From NCBI GenBank assembly GCA_050012255.1, contig JBEKHN010000018.1, forward strand, positions 1-38,974: a stretch of 38,974 bases of DNA. Reading direction: 5' to 3'. Of the stretch, positions 38,170 to 38,974 are shown one piece after another. The stretch comes from Candidatus Bathyarchaeia archaeon. GTDB taxonomy: Archaea; Thermoproteota; Bathyarchaeia; Bathyarchaeales; Bathycorpusculaceae. The first letter of the stretch is position 1. Each line of letters starts with the position of its first letter. The notes beneath the pieces are model-generated. The model did not search any database, was not told where the DNA came from, and saw nothing but the letters and a program-made list of their open reading frames with translations. The position numbers were made by a program, and so were the translations under genes.

Positions 38170-38754
38170 TCACTTCAGCGTCTTCAGATTGGACTCCGCA
38201 ATTCTCGCTAATGAATAGCCTATGGGAATTGTGTACAGTGCCAACGTTATGTTGAAAATTGTCACAAAAGGAAGAGCGGCAATTACCGCTTCTTCGACCA
38301 AACCATAGCCAACAGGCGGTGGAAAGCGAAGGAACGAGTAATTGACCAAGGCCATTGATACTGTTCTCGCGGCGACGCCCGATGCTGTATACAGAGTCCC
38401 AACAATGGCCTCGTGAGTCGCAGGATGTTTTCTGAGAAGAGTTTTCGTGAGACCTATTCCTAGAAGGGTGCTCAGTACCGCCGCTAAATTGTATAGTGGG
38501 CCTGTAGGAAGCGCTCCAGGATAGAAGGCAAACAACGCCAAAGTGTTCACCACTGTTATCAGAACTCCTACTGTTGCTCCGAAAAGAAGGAATGCTGCCA
38601 CTATCGGTATTTCCCATATCTGATATATGAGGTACGGCGCGTATGGTGCGGGTATTTTTAGAGGAGACAAATTGAGCGCAATTGTAAGAGCGGCAAAGAC
38701 TATTATTGCAGCCAGAGTTTTAGTTTTCACCACAAGCCCTCCGCTTTCAGTCAC
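38170..38754 (-). CDS. ECF transporter S-component
   Basis: FAAL-x-x-x-L, KIPAPYAPYLIYQIWEIP and FNITL motifs; 5-6 TM helices. Confidence 0.75.
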   Translation of the reverse strand: MTESGGLVVKTKTLAAIIVFAALTIALNLSPLKIPAPYAPYLIYQIWEIPIVAAFLLFGATVGVLITVVNTLALFAFYPGALPTGPLYNLAAVLSTLLGIGLTKTLLRKHPATHEAIVGTLYTASGVAARTVSMALVNYSFLRFPPPVGYGLVEEAVIAALPFVTIFNITLALYTIPIGYSLARIAESNLKTLK

Positions 38755-38974
38755 AGCCTGTGAAAGTGAAAGCCTTGTGAGTCTCTATTTAAGAGTAGCT
38801 ACTCACAAAAGGGTAGAAGCGACCGAGCGGTTCTGTTACCTCTACGGTTGACGAGGCATTTCCATTGGGCTGTTACCTTTCGGTTGATGACCTGAATAGA
38901 CAGAAAAAAGATGGGAATTTTAGTTACTTCGCGTTTTCCGCGTGATATTGCAATTCATTTCATTTTTTCTCTCT

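Noticed and set aside
1-38974. Numerous antisense and overlapping ORFs in the track; tRNA, rRNA, CRISPR, transposase or integrase genes
   Set aside because: Shadow ORFs overlap well-supported genes and lack motifs. No tRNA, rRNA, repeat-spacer array or recombinase signature was recognised by eye.

Overview
Archaeal chromosomal window, most consistent with Bathyarchaeia (TACK). This is inferred from rpl14e, an intron-split cbf5, a Cdv/ESCRT-III operon and an fwdDBAC-mch methanopterin C1 operon. 1-11 kb is mostly housekeeping (htpX, RsmC-like methyltransferase, cbf5, rpl14e, M20 peptidase, purA, MFS, HtrA). cbf5 is split by a 22-nt bulge-helix-bulge intron inside its catalytic Asp codon. 11.2-15.1 kb is an accessory segment bracketed by a ~175-bp imperfect inverted repeat with no transposase; it carries a deaminase, a radical SAM enzyme, an orphan receiver, a triple ribbon-helix-helix protein and a Zn-ribbon protein. 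15-22 kb holds metabolic genes, including a frameshifted dihydrolipoamide dehydrogenase and a decayed UDG-like gene. 22.9-26.5 kb is cdvB-like/cdvA/cdvB/cdvC. 26.6-38.8 kb is a cofactor cluster: mobB, a wHTH regulator, three paralogous Pol-beta-fold nucleotidyltransferases, citG, two ECF S-components and fwdDBAC-mch. The two best candidates for new biology are the CitG plus triple-nucleotidyltransferase module (possible methanopterin side-chain enzymes) and the inverted-repeat-bounded cassette. All family calls come from motif recognition by eye; no searches were run.
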